In this document: positions 10,669-21,352 of the stretch, piece after piece
Layout: each line of letters starts with the position of its first letter
Position numbering within the stretch: the stretch's first letter is position 1
DNA from: Candidatus Bathyarchaeota archaeon
Lineage (GTDB): Archaea > Thermoproteota > CALKCG01 > B24 > DRYS01
Reading direction: 5' to 3'
Assembly (NCBI GenBank): GCA_018396535.1
Contig: JAGTQC010000001.1
Coordinates: 1 to 64,000, forward strand
DNA: 64,000 nt
Position numbers and translations under genes: made by a program
Notes under the pieces: model-generated
Database searches by the model: none
The model's input: only the letters and a program-made list of their open reading frames with translations
Told to the model about the DNA's origin: nothing

Positions 10669-11436
10669 CTATGTGTAGAGTTTTAGGATCATATCTTTAA
10701 GGCTTACTAGGGTTTTAGCGGCTTTAGAATCTGGCGCATAATCTAGTAGTGGTACGCCAATCTTCTCGGATTCAGGGATAGATCTATCGAAGGGTATGAC
10801 TGCCATAAACTTTGATCCTAGATGATGCTCTAGGTAGTAGGTATCGGAATCCTCAGTAGCCTTATTCAAGATATGATATACCTTCTTCAACCCTAGATCC
10901 GAGGCTAGTTTAGCTATCATTCTACATGTATCTATAGATTGAAGTGTAGGTTCAGCTATCGAAAGTAGTATATCGACAGCTTCTATAGTACCGCGACCCA
11001 GGGGCTCTAAGCCTGCCTCTAGATCGATTACTACTACTTCATCCCTAGATAGAAGTATATATGATAGGAGAGCTCTGAGTAGAGCATTAGCAGGGCACAT
11101 GCATCCTGATCCACCATACCTTATGGTTCCAAGTCTAACTAATGTAACCTTATCCCTCCCCTCTACACCATACCTCTCTATTATATCATCGATTTTAGGT
11201 GTTAGTAGAAGGAGCCCTAAGCCTATATTGGTTCTATCTATAAGACTAGAGTTTTCTAGTATAGGTCTCGTATTCTCGATTAGTTTAGAATCTACTCCAA
11301 GCTGTCTATGCAGGTTCATAGCTGGATCAGCATCTATAGCTAAGACCCTGTATCCATCTCTAGCTAACAGTCTAGCTAGAGACCCTGCTATCAGAGTTTT
11401 ACCTACACCACCCTTACCTGCTACAGCTATCTTTAA
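10669..11436 (-). CDS. cooC: CooC-type nickel-insertion ATPase (MinD/ParA family); start codon anomalous
   Basis: Frame extends upstream of the listed ORF through (L)KIAVAGKGGVGKT..IDADP; GCMCP metal motif, DLEAGLE; no in-frame ATG/GTG/TTG between the Walker A and TGA at 11458-11460. Confidence 0.85.
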   Translation of the reverse strand, partial: LKIAVAGKGGVGKTLIAGSLARLLARDGYRVLAIDADPAMNLHRQLGVDSKLIENTRPILENSSLIDRTNIGLGLLLLTPKIDDIIERYGVEGRDKVTLVRLGTIRYGGSGCMCPANALLRALLSYILLSRDEVVVIDLEAGLEPLGRGTIEAVDILLSIAEPTLQSIDTCRMIAKLASDLGLKKVYHILNKATEDSDTYYLEHHLGSKFMAVIPFDRSIPESEKIGVPLLDYAPDSKAAKTLVSLKDMILKLYT

Positions 11437-11538
11437 TCCCTTAGCACCTATAACCCCTCATACACCTCCTATAAATCACTTCCTGAAAGTTAGATTTTAG
11501 TATATTAATTAACGATCTCTTATGATTAAGGATACGTT

Positions 11539-12399
11539 ATGTGTAGCAACATACTGATAGTAGGTTTAGGTGAGGTTGGTCGAGCTCTATACAATATGAT
11601 AACTAAGTCTAATACTAATTTCAACGTATACGGCTACGATACGGATAAGAGTAAGAGTATAGATAGAATCGAAGATATACCTACACCTATAGACTATCTA
11701 CATATAGCCTTCCCGTATACTGAGAGACAATCGTTTATAGAATCTGTATCGGTTTACGCTAATAGGCTTAAGCCTAGACTCTTAATAATACATTCGACTG
11801 TTGCACCTGGGACTACGAGGCTACTTCAGAGTAAGCTAGATACTCTAGTAGCATACTCACCTGTTAGAGGTAGGCATCCACATCTAGAGGAGCATCTAAA
11901 ATTCTGGGTTAAATGGATTTCAGCAGTTAAACCCGAAGCTTTAGATGAGGGTGTGAAGCACCTTGAAGATTTAGGCTTTAGGGTTAGATGCTGCGAGAGA
12001 CCCGAGACGTTAGAGCTAGCTAAACTATTCGAGACTATATACAGAGCAGCTTTAATAGCTTTATGGCAAGAGATGCATAGGATAGCCGTGAAGCTTGGAG
12101 GCGATGTAACTGGTATAGCTGAATTCATAGCTGAAGTACACGAAGTTCTGGGGGATAGACCAGTATACTATCCAGATTTCATAGGTGGACATTGCCTGAT
12201 ACCTAATACCATGATACTTTTAGAATCTGTTGATTCACCTATGCTTAGATTCATACTCGAATCTAATAGACTTAGAAAGACTGAGCTTAGGGATCCCAGG
12301 ATAGTTGAAGAGATAGATTCTGTGAAACGTATATGGAGTAGACTTAGGAATGCATGGTACTATGAAGGGTATGATAAGAAGATATTGCCTTCAGGTTAG
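11539..12399 (+). CDS. short UDP-glucose/GDP-mannose dehydrogenase family protein
   Basis: GLGEVG, HSTVAPGTT, ELAKL, IGGHCL. Confidence 0.85.
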   Translation: MCSNILIVGLGEVGRALYNMITKSNTNFNVYGYDTDKSKSIDRIEDIPTPIDYLHIAFPYTERQSFIESVSVYANRLKPRLLIIHSTVAPGTTRLLQSKLDTLVAYSPVRGRHPHLEEHLKFWVKWISAVKPEALDEGVKHLEDLGFRVRCCERPETLELAKLFETIYRAALIALWQEMHRIAVKLGGDVTGIAEFIAEVHEVLGDRPVYYPDFIGGHCLIPNTMILLESVDSPMLRFILESNRLRKTELRDPRIVEEIDSVKRIWSRLRNAWYYEGYDKKILPSG

Positions 12400-12412
12400 A
12401 GGGTGCTAGCTA

Positions 12413-13945
12413 TTGGAGGAAAGAGAAGGTAAACCTAGAATTAGACTTAGATATGCTAGCCTACTCCTCTTCGTATCTAGGGTATATAGTCTAGTAGTAG
12501 GACTACTATTTACCATAATAGCTACTAGGAGACTTACAGTCGAAGAATTCGGTTTATGGAACTATATATCAGTAGTCGCAGGATATTGGCTACTTCCACT
12601 TAGTTTCATCGGATACTGGGTTACACGATTTACCGCTAGAGGCGAGCGTACAGGGTTTACATCTATACTGATGAGCCTAATTCTATCAATATCTATACCC
12701 ATATTATTCATGGCATCTTCTCCTCTAATCTTTAGACAGGTAGATATAGGATACTTGCTATTAATCCTAATATCTGTGAAACTGGTAGTTGTCAGTTTAT
12801 CTTCACCGTTTAATTGGATTGCTTCAGGTTTGAAACCTGATATACTAGCGTTTGCATACGTGGTTTTCGATTCGTTCAAACTTCTCTCTGCATACATACT
12901 CGTAGCTATAATGAGATTAGGGTTAGCGGGTGTGATACTAGCTGTATCTATAGGTTATGTATCTAAGGCTATACTACTATACGTATCACTTAGATGGTTT
13001 ATAACTGGATCTATAAATACCAGGATGGTTAAACGTATACTCAAAGGTATATGGATACCTATCTACGGATCTATACCATCTATCATATCATCTCTAGATG
13101 CTATAATAATAGTCGGTATGACTGGAGTAACTGATAGCTTAGCTTTCGTGTCAGCTGTAAGAACCGTAGGTTCACCTATATCTCTAAGCTTAGCTATATC
13201 TACAGCTCTCTATCCTAAACTTCTAGCTGAGGGGCGGTTAGGGGATGTAGAGGAGGCTATGAGGCTTGTGTATATGCTATCGATCCCCTCATCTCTGGGT
13301 ATAATACTATTAGCACCACATATACTTTCCATTCTCAGATCTGAGTATGCTATAGCATCCGCACCATTAGCGATATACGCTATACTACAGTTAATCTCTA
13401 TAGCGTCAAATATAGCTGTAACAACTGCTTCGGGTTTAGAGAAAGTTGATCTCGATGAGTATGCAGGATTTAAAGATTATGCTAGAAGTAGGTTATTCAA
13501 AATCGCGAATATGCATATGATATCATCATTAATGTATGTAGGAGTACTAACTTGTCTTCTATACTATCAGAGAAATCTACCAGTATCTAAAGTTAACCCG
13601 TTACTCTCTACAACCTGGATATGGATAATATCTGTTACGGTATCGGCAGTATTCACGGTGGTTTATGCGTATAGAAGGCTTCTCAAAGGTATTGGGCGGA
13701 TTAAAGCTCCATGGCCTTCTATAATTAAGTATATCTTAGCTTCTATATCTATGACTATACCAGTATACGCACTCCAACCTAGAGTATTCTATTTAGAAAT
13801 AATGCCACTACTAATAGGGATTACCCCAGCTATACTATCCGGTATAGCCGTATATTTCGCTATACTATACCTTATAGATCCATGGTTTAGGGGGTTGATA
13901 TCCAAGCTTATATCTACGATTAGTAGGAGGACTGGGGGTTCGTAA
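12413..13945 (+). CDS. Wzx/MATE-like polysaccharide flippase
   Basis: About 14 hydrophobic segments, RRLTVEEFGLW motif, next to nucleotide-sugar dehydrogenase. Confidence 0.72.
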   Translation: MEEREGKPRIRLRYASLLLFVSRVYSLVVGLLFTIIATRRLTVEEFGLWNYISVVAGYWLLPLSFIGYWVTRFTARGERTGFTSILMSLILSISIPILFMASSPLIFRQVDIGYLLLILISVKLVVVSLSSPFNWIASGLKPDILAFAYVVFDSFKLLSAYILVAIMRLGLAGVILAVSIGYVSKAILLYVSLRWFITGSINTRMVKRILKGIWIPIYGSIPSIISSLDAIIIVGMTGVTDSLAFVSAVRTVGSPISLSLAISTALYPKLLAEGRLGDVEEAMRLVYMLSIPSSLGIILLAPHILSILRSEYAIASAPLAIYAILQLISIASNIAVTTASGLEKVDLDEYAGFKDYARSRLFKIANMHMISSLMYVGVLTCLLYYQRNLPVSKVNPLLSTTWIWIISVTVSAVFTVVYAYRRLLKGIGRIKAPWPSIIKYILASISMTIPVYALQPRVFYLEIMPLLIGITPAILSGIAVYFAILYLIDPWFRGLISKLISTISRRTGGS

Positions 13946-13949
13946 CTGT

Positions 13950-14009
13950 ATGCGTCAGACGGTTGATCCATCTTCATAGATCAGCTAAGGCTGAACTCAT
14001 CATCCGCAT
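13950..14009 (-). ncRNA. C/D box methylation-guide sRNA
   Basis: Minus strand AUGCGG-AUGAUGA(C)-GUUCAGCCUUAG-CUGA(D')-UCU-AUGAAGA(C')-UGGAUCAACCGU-CUGA(D)-CGCAU; two 12-nt guides, terminal stem, TATA-like aaacttata about 25 nt upstream. Confidence 0.92.
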
Positions 14010-14221
14010 CGATAAACCTGTTCACCGACAGCTATAAGTTTATCGAAGCCTTATCACATAGTGGTATAAGTCTCTCTAATACTATCCAACTATACTCCTA
14101 CATAGCTTGATAATATCTGTTAATCGACCGATATTATGCATGTTTCTAGAGATTGCTAGATAGCTATAAGTATAAGGGGTTAAGTATATTCTCTAGCCAG
14201 ATTTTGAAGCGGGGTGTCTTG

Positions 14222-14743
14222 ATGTGTTTGGAGGAGCGTTTCTATATCGTAGATGAGGATGATAATGTTTTAGGCTGGGCTTATAGGAGTGAATGTCATA
14301 GGAAGAGACTGATTCATAGATCTGTCTATGTGGTAGTATTGAATGATAGGGGTGAAATCTTCATACAGAGGCGTTCTATGAGTAAGGATCTCTATCCTGG
14401 ACTCTACGCTTGCTCTGTATCAGGGCATGTGAAGTATGGTGAAAGTTATGAAGAAGCAGCTAGGAGAGAGCTTATGGAGGAGCTTGGTATAGATACTGAG
14501 GTAGAGTTTATCGGGAAATTTAAATCATTCTCTAGAATAGAATGTGAAATATCAGCGCTCTATCTATGCCGTTATAACGGTCCTATCAAGATAAATAGTG
14601 AAGAAATCTCTGGTGGAAAATTCGTAGGTATAGATGATGTTAAGAGGATGGTAGAATATGAAGGGGAGAAAATCGCATATGGATCGATCCTAGCTTTAAG
14701 GGAATTCATAAGGTATATCGAGAGAAACTATACGCTACCATAG
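14222..14743 (+). CDS. NUDIX hydrolase (IPP-isomerase/YfcD-like)
   Basis: GHVKYGESYEEAARRELMEELG Nudix box, HRSV; likely start ATG 14222 behind GGGGTG. Confidence 0.88.
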   Translation: MCLEERFYIVDEDDNVLGWAYRSECHRKRLIHRSVYVVVLNDRGEIFIQRRSMSKDLYPGLYACSVSGHVKYGESYEEAARRELMEELGIDTEVEFIGKFKSFSRIECEISALYLCRYNGPIKINSEEISGGKFVGIDDVKRMVEYEGEKIAYGSILALREFIRYIERNYTLP

Positions 14744-14879
14744 TAATATCGGTGGCATGGCTTCTATATACCATTAGACTATCTTTAGGTATAGTTAGGT
14801 ATAGGTAGTATTATGGGTGTTATACAAGTTATCTCGATATAGTAGACTTTAAGATAGACGAAGATTCTGCTATCCTTAG

Positions 14880-16142
14880 GTGGAGTTTGATATGTTTGAA
14901 GTTAGAGATGTAGGGTTAGCAGATCAGGGTAGGCTTCAGATAGAGTGGGCTGAATCTCGTATGCCAGTATTGATGATGTTGAGGAGGAGGTTCTCTGAGG
15001 AGAAGCCTTTGAAAGGGGTGGTAGTGGGTGCATGCCTACATGTTACTAAGGAGACTGCCGTACTAGTTAGGACTTTGAAGATTGGTGGAGCTGAAGTAGC
15101 TCTATGCTCATCTAATCCTCTCAGCTGCCAGGATGATGTAGCTGCAGCTCTAGCTTTGGATGGTATACATGTATATGCATGGAGAGGGCAGAGTGTAGAT
15201 GAGTACTATAGGTCTATAGAGAATGTGTTGAATCATAGCCCCAATATATTACTCGATGATGGAGCAGATTTGATAGTTACACTACATAGGAGGTATTCCA
15301 AACTTATAGACGCCTGTATGGGTGGAAACGAAGAGACTACGACTGGTGTCTATAGGCTTAAATCTATGGAGAGAAAGGGGGAGCTTAAGATCCCTATTAT
15401 AGCTGTTAATAACGCTGAAACTAAATGGGATTTCGATAACGTCTATGGTACAGGTCAGAGTACATTGGATGGTATATTGAGGGCTACTAATATATTGCTA
15501 GCTGGTAAGAATGTCGTAGTAGCTGGTTATGGACATTGCGGTAGGGGTATTGCATGGAGGGCTAGGGGTATGGGTGCTCATGTCATAGTGACAGAGGTCG
15601 ATCCGATAAAGGCTTTGAAGGCTGTTATGGATGGGTTTAGGGTTATGCCTATGATTGAAGCAGCTCGTATAGGCGATATATTCATAACCGCTACGGGTAA
15701 TAGGGATGTGGTGAGAGCCGAGCATATCGATGTTATGAGGGATGGAGCTATACTATGTAATGCTGGACATTTCGATGTAGAAGTCTCTGTTAGGGATCTG
15801 GAGATTATGTCTATATCTAAGCGTAGAGTTAGACCGTATGTTGATGAATATAGGCTTAGGGATGGGAGGAGGATATACCTGTTAGCTGAGGGTAGACTTG
15901 TAAACCTTGTAGCTGCTGAGGGTCATCCGAGTGAGGTTATGGATATGTCCTTCTCGAATCAAGCTCTATGTGTAGAATATCTCATCGAGAATAGGGGTAA
16001 ACTTAAACCTGGTGTATACGATGTACCTATAGAGATCGATAGGACTGTAGCTAGTCTTAAACTCGAGACTCTAGGTGTTAGGATAGATAGGCTTACTGAG
16101 GAGCAGATAGAGTATCTATCGAGCTTCGAGTATGGTACATAG
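14880..16142 (+). CDS. ahcY: adenosylhomocysteinase
   Basis: [25 protein letters not shown]. Confidence 0.97.
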   Translation: MEFDMFEVRDVGLADQGRLQIEWAESRMPVLMMLRRRFSEEKPLKGVVVGACLHVTKETAVLVRTLKIGGAEVALCSSNPLSCQDDVAAALALDGIHVYAWRGQSVDEYYRSIENVLNHSPNILLDDGADLIVTLHRRYSKLIDACMGGNEETTTGVYRLKSMERKGELKIPIIAVNNAETKWDFDNVYGTGQSTLDGILRATNILLAGKNVVVAGYGHCGRGIAWRARGMGAHVIVTEVDPIKALKAVMDGFRVMPMIEAARIGDIFITATGNRDVVRAEHIDVMRDGAILCNAGHFDVEVSVRDLEIMSISKRRVRPYVDEYRLRDGRRIYLLAEGRLVNLVAAEGHPSEVMDMSFSNQALCVEYLIENRGKLKPGVYDVPIEIDRTVASLKLETLGVRIDRLTEEQIEYLSSFEYGT

Positions 16143-16144
16143 CT

Positions 16145-17149
16145 ATGAAGCTATCAGATCTAGGTGAGAGAAAGCTTATAGAGATAGCATCATCAATCCT
16201 AGAACAGGATCCGGATGAGATCCTAGGGCTAGGCGTAGATGATGCTGCTGCTAAACCTATATGTGAGGATCTATATCTCGTTATGCATACGGATGTCGTA
16301 GTCGAATCTACAGATAGACTTCCAGGTCAGAGCTATAGGGATCTAGCTTGGAAAGCTGTTACTGCTAATATATCGGATATAGCAGCTAAAGGTGCTAAAC
16401 CGTATGCACTACTATCAGCTATAGGTATACCTGGAATTTATAGTCTAGAAGTTTTCGAGGAATTGATGGCCGGGTTGAGGGATTCATCATCTACCTATGG
16501 ATGCTATATCGTAGGTGGTGATCTAAGTTCATCTAGAGAGTTATTCATAGCTTTAGCAATCCTAGGTTTAACTCATAGGGATAGGATTATGGGTAGGAGA
16601 GGTGCTAAACCTGGTGATCTAGTATGTATTACAGGTGAGATCGGATATACATCGCTAGCATACAGAGTATTATTCGATGAATGGTGTATAGACAGCGATT
16701 TGAGACGGATAGTTCTAGATAGGGCTTATAGACCTATAGCTCGCTTGAAGGAGGGGTTAGCTCTAGCATCTACTGGTGTAGTATCAAGCTGTATGGATAT
16801 AAGTGATGGCCTAGCTATATCGTTGAATACTCTCTCAGAGGTTAATAATGTATCGATTATAATCGATCATATACCTATACCTAGAGAAGTATTAGAAGCT
16901 GTAGGAAGATATAGCGTGGATCCTATAGATCTAGTATTATATGGTGGAGGAGAGGAGTATGAGCTACTATTCACTGTTAAACCTGATGGGTTGAAGCTTG
17001 TAGAAGATAAATTATCCAGTCTTAAATCTAGTTTTACAGTTATAGGTCGTGTATCTGAGGGGGCTGGTGTATACTTTACTTCTGGAAGAAGGGTTGAAGC
17101 TAGAGGTTGGCAACACTTCCTAGATTGGGGTTCTAAACCTACTTCCTAG
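16145..17149 (+). CDS. thiL: thiamine-monophosphate kinase
   Basis: DDAA, NISDIAAKGA, GGD, MDISDGL, GGEEYEL. Confidence 0.93.
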   Translation: MKLSDLGERKLIEIASSILEQDPDEILGLGVDDAAAKPICEDLYLVMHTDVVVESTDRLPGQSYRDLAWKAVTANISDIAAKGAKPYALLSAIGIPGIYSLEVFEELMAGLRDSSSTYGCYIVGGDLSSSRELFIALAILGLTHRDRIMGRRGAKPGDLVCITGEIGYTSLAYRVLFDEWCIDSDLRRIVLDRAYRPIARLKEGLALASTGVVSSCMDISDGLAISLNTLSEVNNVSIIIDHIPIPREVLEAVGRYSVDPIDLVLYGGGEEYELLFTVKPDGLKLVEDKLSSLKSSFTVIGRVSEGAGVYFTSGRRVEARGWQHFLDWGSKPTS

Positions 17150-17552
17150 GTACCCTCAATTCTAGTATATTCCTGTAGCATGTTATCGTAGCTCTACTAG
17201 GATCGACAGATACGGGTAAATCTATACGTATATGGTACTTCTTGAATCTACCACTCCTATGCATAACTCTCAGATAGCTAAAATCTAGTGTATGCTGAAG
17301 GTTAGCTTCTATCTCTACAGTATTCTCATCTATGAATCTTACGTGGGTAGATTCACTATCAGCACATGGTATATCTACCGTTATAACAACCTCTCTAGGT
17401 TCTACATGTACGTTAGCTAGAGGTTCTATAGCCTCTGAGGATGGATGCCATAGATTCCTCTCCTCAACATCGTATACGTAACCCTCTAGGATCTCCTCTA
17501 ACCTATCGATATACTCCTCCAGTATATCTGATAGCCTTCTACGCCTAATCAT
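17139..17552 (-). CDS. Hsp20/alpha-crystallin small heat-shock protein
   Basis: EPL..V, VDIP, IDLP, NILELRVP pattern. Confidence 0.8.
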   Translation of the reverse strand: MIRRRRLSDILEEYIDRLEEILEGYVYDVEERNLWHPSSEAIEPLANVHVEPREVVITVDIPCADSESTHVRFIDENTVEIEANLQHTLDFSYLRVMHRSGRFKKYHIRIDLPVSVDPSRATITCYRNILELRVPRK

Positions 17553-17564
17553 ACGCTATCCCCC

Positions 17565-18323
17565 CTATACATGTAGTGGAGGTATATCGTATTCTTGACT
17601 CTTCCTCATCTTAACAAGCTCAGCTTCAGTTCTCTTCATAAGATCTCTAGCTGCTAGCCTTATCTCTTCACCCTTCTCTCTAAGCTCTACTATATCTATA
17701 TCTAAGCCTATAAGTTTACCAAGCTCCTCTAAGACTGATGCAGCTGCATCTGGATCTGGATAGTTGAAGAAGCTTTGAGCTAGGAGGCCTATAGCTGTTA
17801 AACCGTAGAGGGGTGCAAGTCTCATCATCAATGCATACGGTCCGACTAGATACCCCCTATCCAGTATCTCTACACCTCTAGCTTTAAGATTCTCTACGAC
17901 TTCCCTACTAGATGCTGTAGCATATACCTTAGGCTTCTCAAGCTTATACCTTTCTTCAACGGGTATACCACCTAGGGTTACTAGAAGCTTAGCCCTCTTC
18001 TTAGAAGCCCACTCTACTATAGCTCTAGATATCTTAGGTATAGCTGAAGCAGGGATAGCGGTCTCGGATACAAATACTACAAGATTACCTGAACGTAATA
18101 TTCTAAACGGGGGTTTAGGTATACCTCCATACAATACTACGATAGGTGGTAGTAGATCTGATTCTACGAAGCCTACCTCCTCCATATCAGTTTTAGAAGC
18201 TAGATGGAATACAGCTATCAAACCTACTAAACCTACATCTGGTAGCCCTGCTATAACTATAGGCTCCTCACCTACATCCTTAACCTCTACTATAGAAACC
18301 TCCCCATCTGGCATAATATTCAC
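17565..18323 (-). CDS. PAC2-family proteasome assembly chaperone-like protein
   Basis: GLPDVGLVG, TLGG, PDPDAA motifs. Confidence 0.88.
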   Translation of the reverse strand: MNIMPDGEVSIVEVKDVGEEPIVIAGLPDVGLVGLIAVFHLASKTDMEEVGFVESDLLPPIVVLYGGIPKPPFRILRSGNLVVFVSETAIPASAIPKISRAIVEWASKKRAKLLVTLGGIPVEERYKLEKPKVYATASSREVVENLKARGVEILDRGYLVGPYALMMRLAPLYGLTAIGLLAQSFFNYPDPDAAASVLEELGKLIGLDIDIVELREKGEEIRLAARDLMKRTEAELVKMRKSQEYDIPPLHV

Positions 18324-18422
18324 AATTAGATTTTTACGATATAGCTTTATATCAATGTTACATCCCGATAACCTATAGCGAATAGTATTTATAAACCAGG
18401 ATACACTTTATCCAAACCGGTT

Positions 18423-18878
18423 TTGAAAGTTAAGATTATAGCTCTAGGAAGTATATCATCTTCAGATGATGCTCTAGCTCTAAAAGCTTTAGAGAAGCTT
18501 AGATCGTTAAACCTACCATCAGAAGTAGAGTTGATAGAAGCTGATAGAAACCCCTGTAAGCTAGTGAGCGAAGTAGAAGGATGTGATAAACTCGTAGTAA
18601 TCGATGCTATAAGGATCGGGGCGCCACCTGGAACTATACATAGAATCAAACCAGATTCTATAAAGCCATCTAGATCGATAACGCTCCATAGAATGGATAC
18701 GGCTACGATAGTAAAGCTAGCGTTAACCTTAGCATCAGAGAAGCCTAAAGATATAGTTATCATAGGTTTAGAACCATATACGGTAGATCCGGGATTAAGA
18801 CTATCATCAAAGATAGAGGAGGAGATAGATAAGCTAGTAGAAGAGGTTTTAAAGGAGATATCGAAGGAAAACACTTAA
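18423..18878 (+). CDS. hydrogenase maturation protease family protein
   Basis: DD, VIDA..G.PPG, S.H, GLEP motifs; N-terminal GNxLxGDDG degenerate (GSISSSDDA). Confidence 0.75.
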   Translation: MKVKIIALGSISSSDDALALKALEKLRSLNLPSEVELIEADRNPCKLVSEVEGCDKLVVIDAIRIGAPPGTIHRIKPDSIKPSRSITLHRMDTATIVKLALTLASEKPKDIVIIGLEPYTVDPGLRLSSKIEEEIDKLVEEVLKEISKENT

Positions 18879-18910
18879 ACCTAGGCTATCTAAAGATAAA
18901 ACTAGAGATA

Positions 18911-18998
18911 GCGGGGGTAGCCAAGCTAGGTCTAAGGCGCGGGACTGAGGCTCCCGTGGGGTAGCCCTTCGTGGGTTCAAATCCCACCCCCCGCACCA
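18911..18998 (+). tRNA. tRNA-Leu(GAG), intronless, CCA encoded
   Basis: GCGGGGG acceptor, CGGGA-CTGAGGC-TCCCG anticodon arm, long variable arm, GTTCAAATC, ACCA. Confidence 0.97.
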
Positions 18999-19214
18999 TT
19001 ATATATACGTAATCCCTGATAATCTTACTAAGTCTAGGCTTACAGTATCATTATCAAGAAATCTCTGTAGGATCTAGAGGTGGGTAAACTCGTATCCTCA
19101 TATCTTTGAACATTGTATGGAGAATTCTACTGATCTATTCAGCTTATATATTTTCGCTAAATATCGAGTATATAACTAGAGATTTCTAGCTTGATAATAC
19201 CATAGGTGAAATTA

Positions 19215-19589
19215 TTACTCAAACTTTGTACTTTGCTCAACACACTCCCTATGGCGTAATATGAAATCTTCGATGATATGTTTTAAACGATTTTTAGAAG
19301 TGAAGCCTACTATAGAGCCTAGATATCTACCATTACAGTAGAATGCTATGGTAGGCGTACCCATAACCCCGTTTCTTACTGCTACATCCCTATTTCTACG
19401 ATTCTTAAGAACGTTAAATCTTACAAATTTAACTCTACCCCTATACTCCTCAGCGATTTCTTCGAAAATAGGATTCAGCATGATACACCATGGACAATTC
19501 TCATGCCAGAAATCTACGATCGTCAATACGCTAGATTGCAGAACCTCCTTCTCCCAATCCTCAGCATCTACATCTAATACGCTCGACAT
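19215..19589 (-). CDS. thioredoxin family protein
   Basis: DFWHENCPWC, GTPT. Confidence 0.9.
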   Translation of the reverse strand: MSSVLDVDAEDWEKEVLQSSVLTIVDFWHENCPWCIMLNPIFEEIAEEYRGRVKFVRFNVLKNRRNRDVAVRNGVMGTPTIAFYCNGRYLGSIVGFTSKNRLKHIIEDFILRHRECVEQSTKFE

Positions 19590-19717
19590 AACCTTTACAA
19601 CCTATGATTGGAAAGATCGTAATTTAAGTTTTTAGAATAGGGAGGTGGAGGGTTTAAACTATAGAGTATACGGAACCCTAAATTCTCTAGTATCTTCTGA
19701 GAGCTTATATTGTATAG

Positions 19718-20254
19718 CTAGCTCTTTTTCACTTCACTAATCTTCTCTATTATACAGTTTACACTTCTAGTTATCTCCTCATTATACTCTACTAGTTTAG
19801 GTAGGAGTTCTGATACTATTCTAGCCATACCACTCCTTACATCCTCTAATACCGATTCAAGTTTCTCCCTATATCTTCTCTCCCGCTCCAACTCTGTTTT
19901 TAGCTTAGATAGATCATCGGAGGATACTATCTGTGGTATTGTTAAACCCTCTCTAGCTATCCTCTCATACGTCTCTCTAACTATCTCGCCAGCTTTAGTC
20001 CTACCTTGAAGATGACTTCTTATAGTTGCCTCAGTTCTTCCAAGCTCTTCCGCTATCTGGGATATAGTCATCTTAGCCCTCTCCCTAGCTAAAGCTGCAG
20101 CAGCTACTGCTAAACTATCAACCCATGTTAACCTCTCCTCAGGATTCCTAAGCCTCTCTAAGACATCTGGTCTAAGTATACTCCCTATTAGTAGAGCAGA
20201 TTCAAGTTTATGTATCTGCTCCCTACCCAGAGGTGAGAGGGGGACTTCGCTCAT
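19718..20254 (-). CDS. KaiC-associated HTH regulator with coiled-coil tail
   Basis: ERLTWVDSLAVAA..IAEELGRTEATIR; directly downstream of KaiC-like ATPase. Confidence 0.82.
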   Translation of the reverse strand: MSEVPLSPLGREQIHKLESALLIGSILRPDVLERLRNPEERLTWVDSLAVAAAALARERAKMTISQIAEELGRTEATIRSHLQGRTKAGEIVRETYERIAREGLTIPQIVSSDDLSKLKTELERERRYREKLESVLEDVRSGMARIVSELLPKLVEYNEEITRSVNCIIEKISEVKKS

Positions 20255-20257
20255 AGC

Positions 20258-20998
20258 CTACTCCCTCCTATATACTGTTATAACCTCCTTAGGTTTAATA
20301 ATTATCCCCCTATCTGTTATATCGAATGGATGTCTCCTCATAGAGTGGGATGTCCCACGCATCTTCCATACTATAATACTACGTTTAAGCTCCCCACCAA
20401 CCTCATCCAGATCTAATCTAACTATGCCATCAGCTGCATGTTCTACACCAGGCCCTCCAAATCCACGTTCGGTTACGCTAACCTGAGATATTAGTATAGA
20501 TGTGCATCCTAGACCTGATAGAACCTTCTTAAGCTGTAGGACTACACTCCTAGCTAGCATAGGTTTAGTTATGTATAGCGTAGTAACAGAATCTATCACA
20601 ACCCTCTCAGCTTCAACCTCCTTAACAGCTGCTCTAATCGTATCTATAAGCATCTGGAAATCATCAGGAGCTTTAACTACATACTTCTCTCTTCTAGCAG
20701 CTTCACCTATACCAGCTGTGAAAGCATCTACTAGAGCGAATCTACCCTTCTCCTCGTATGGAGCTACATCCCACCCGAACTGCGCCATAGAAAGCCTAAC
20801 TTGAACAGGATGCTCTTCTAAAGCTACGAAAACGCCGGGCTGCCCCCTAACCAACCCATTATATAGGTATTGGTATCCGAAGATAGATTTACCAGTACCA
20901 GGTCCACCAGATAGCAATACTACATTACGTCTAGGTATACCTCCGTTAAGTATTTCATCAAAACCAGGTATCCCTGTAAAAACTCTTTCTATAGCCAT
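20258..20998 (-). CDS. single-domain KaiC-like (RecA superfamily) ATPase
   Basis: [18 protein letters not shown]. Confidence 0.92.
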   Translation of the reverse strand: MAIERVFTGIPGFDEILNGGIPRRNVVLLSGGPGTGKSIFGYQYLYNGLVRGQPGVFVALEEHPVQVRLSMAQFGWDVAPYEEKGRFALVDAFTAGIGEAARREKYVVKAPDDFQMLIDTIRAAVKEVEAERVVIDSVTTLYITKPMLARSVVLQLKKVLSGLGCTSILISQVSVTERGFGGPGVEHAADGIVRLDLDEVGGELKRSIIVWKMRGTSHSMRRHPFDITDRGIIIKPKEVITVYRRE

Positions 20999-21352
20999 AA
21001 ATATACACCTATTAGCTAAGCTTCTCCATACAGCTAGATATAGTTATACTATTTCAATATATAAACTTTACTATGTAATCTAATAGCTAACATAACTTTA
21101 AACAATATAGAATGATGAATAGAATATAGATATCTAGAATTAGTTTATAATAATGTTTAGTAAAAATATGATAAAGATATTAAGATCAACATACATCTAT
21201 AATATTTATAGCAATCAAGATAATCTACACATCATCTAAGCTAAACATGAAATCTGAATTATAGTATAAACCCTTTATAAACTCATCATAAATAGTCCAG
21301 GTAGTTAGCAAGTTAACTATTAAATATATTAAGAGCATAATCTATCTAGTCT

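Noticed and set aside
11436-11465. Third mRNA intron explaining the cooC start problem
   Set aside because: No stem or BHB geometry between the upstream ATG and the KIAV codons
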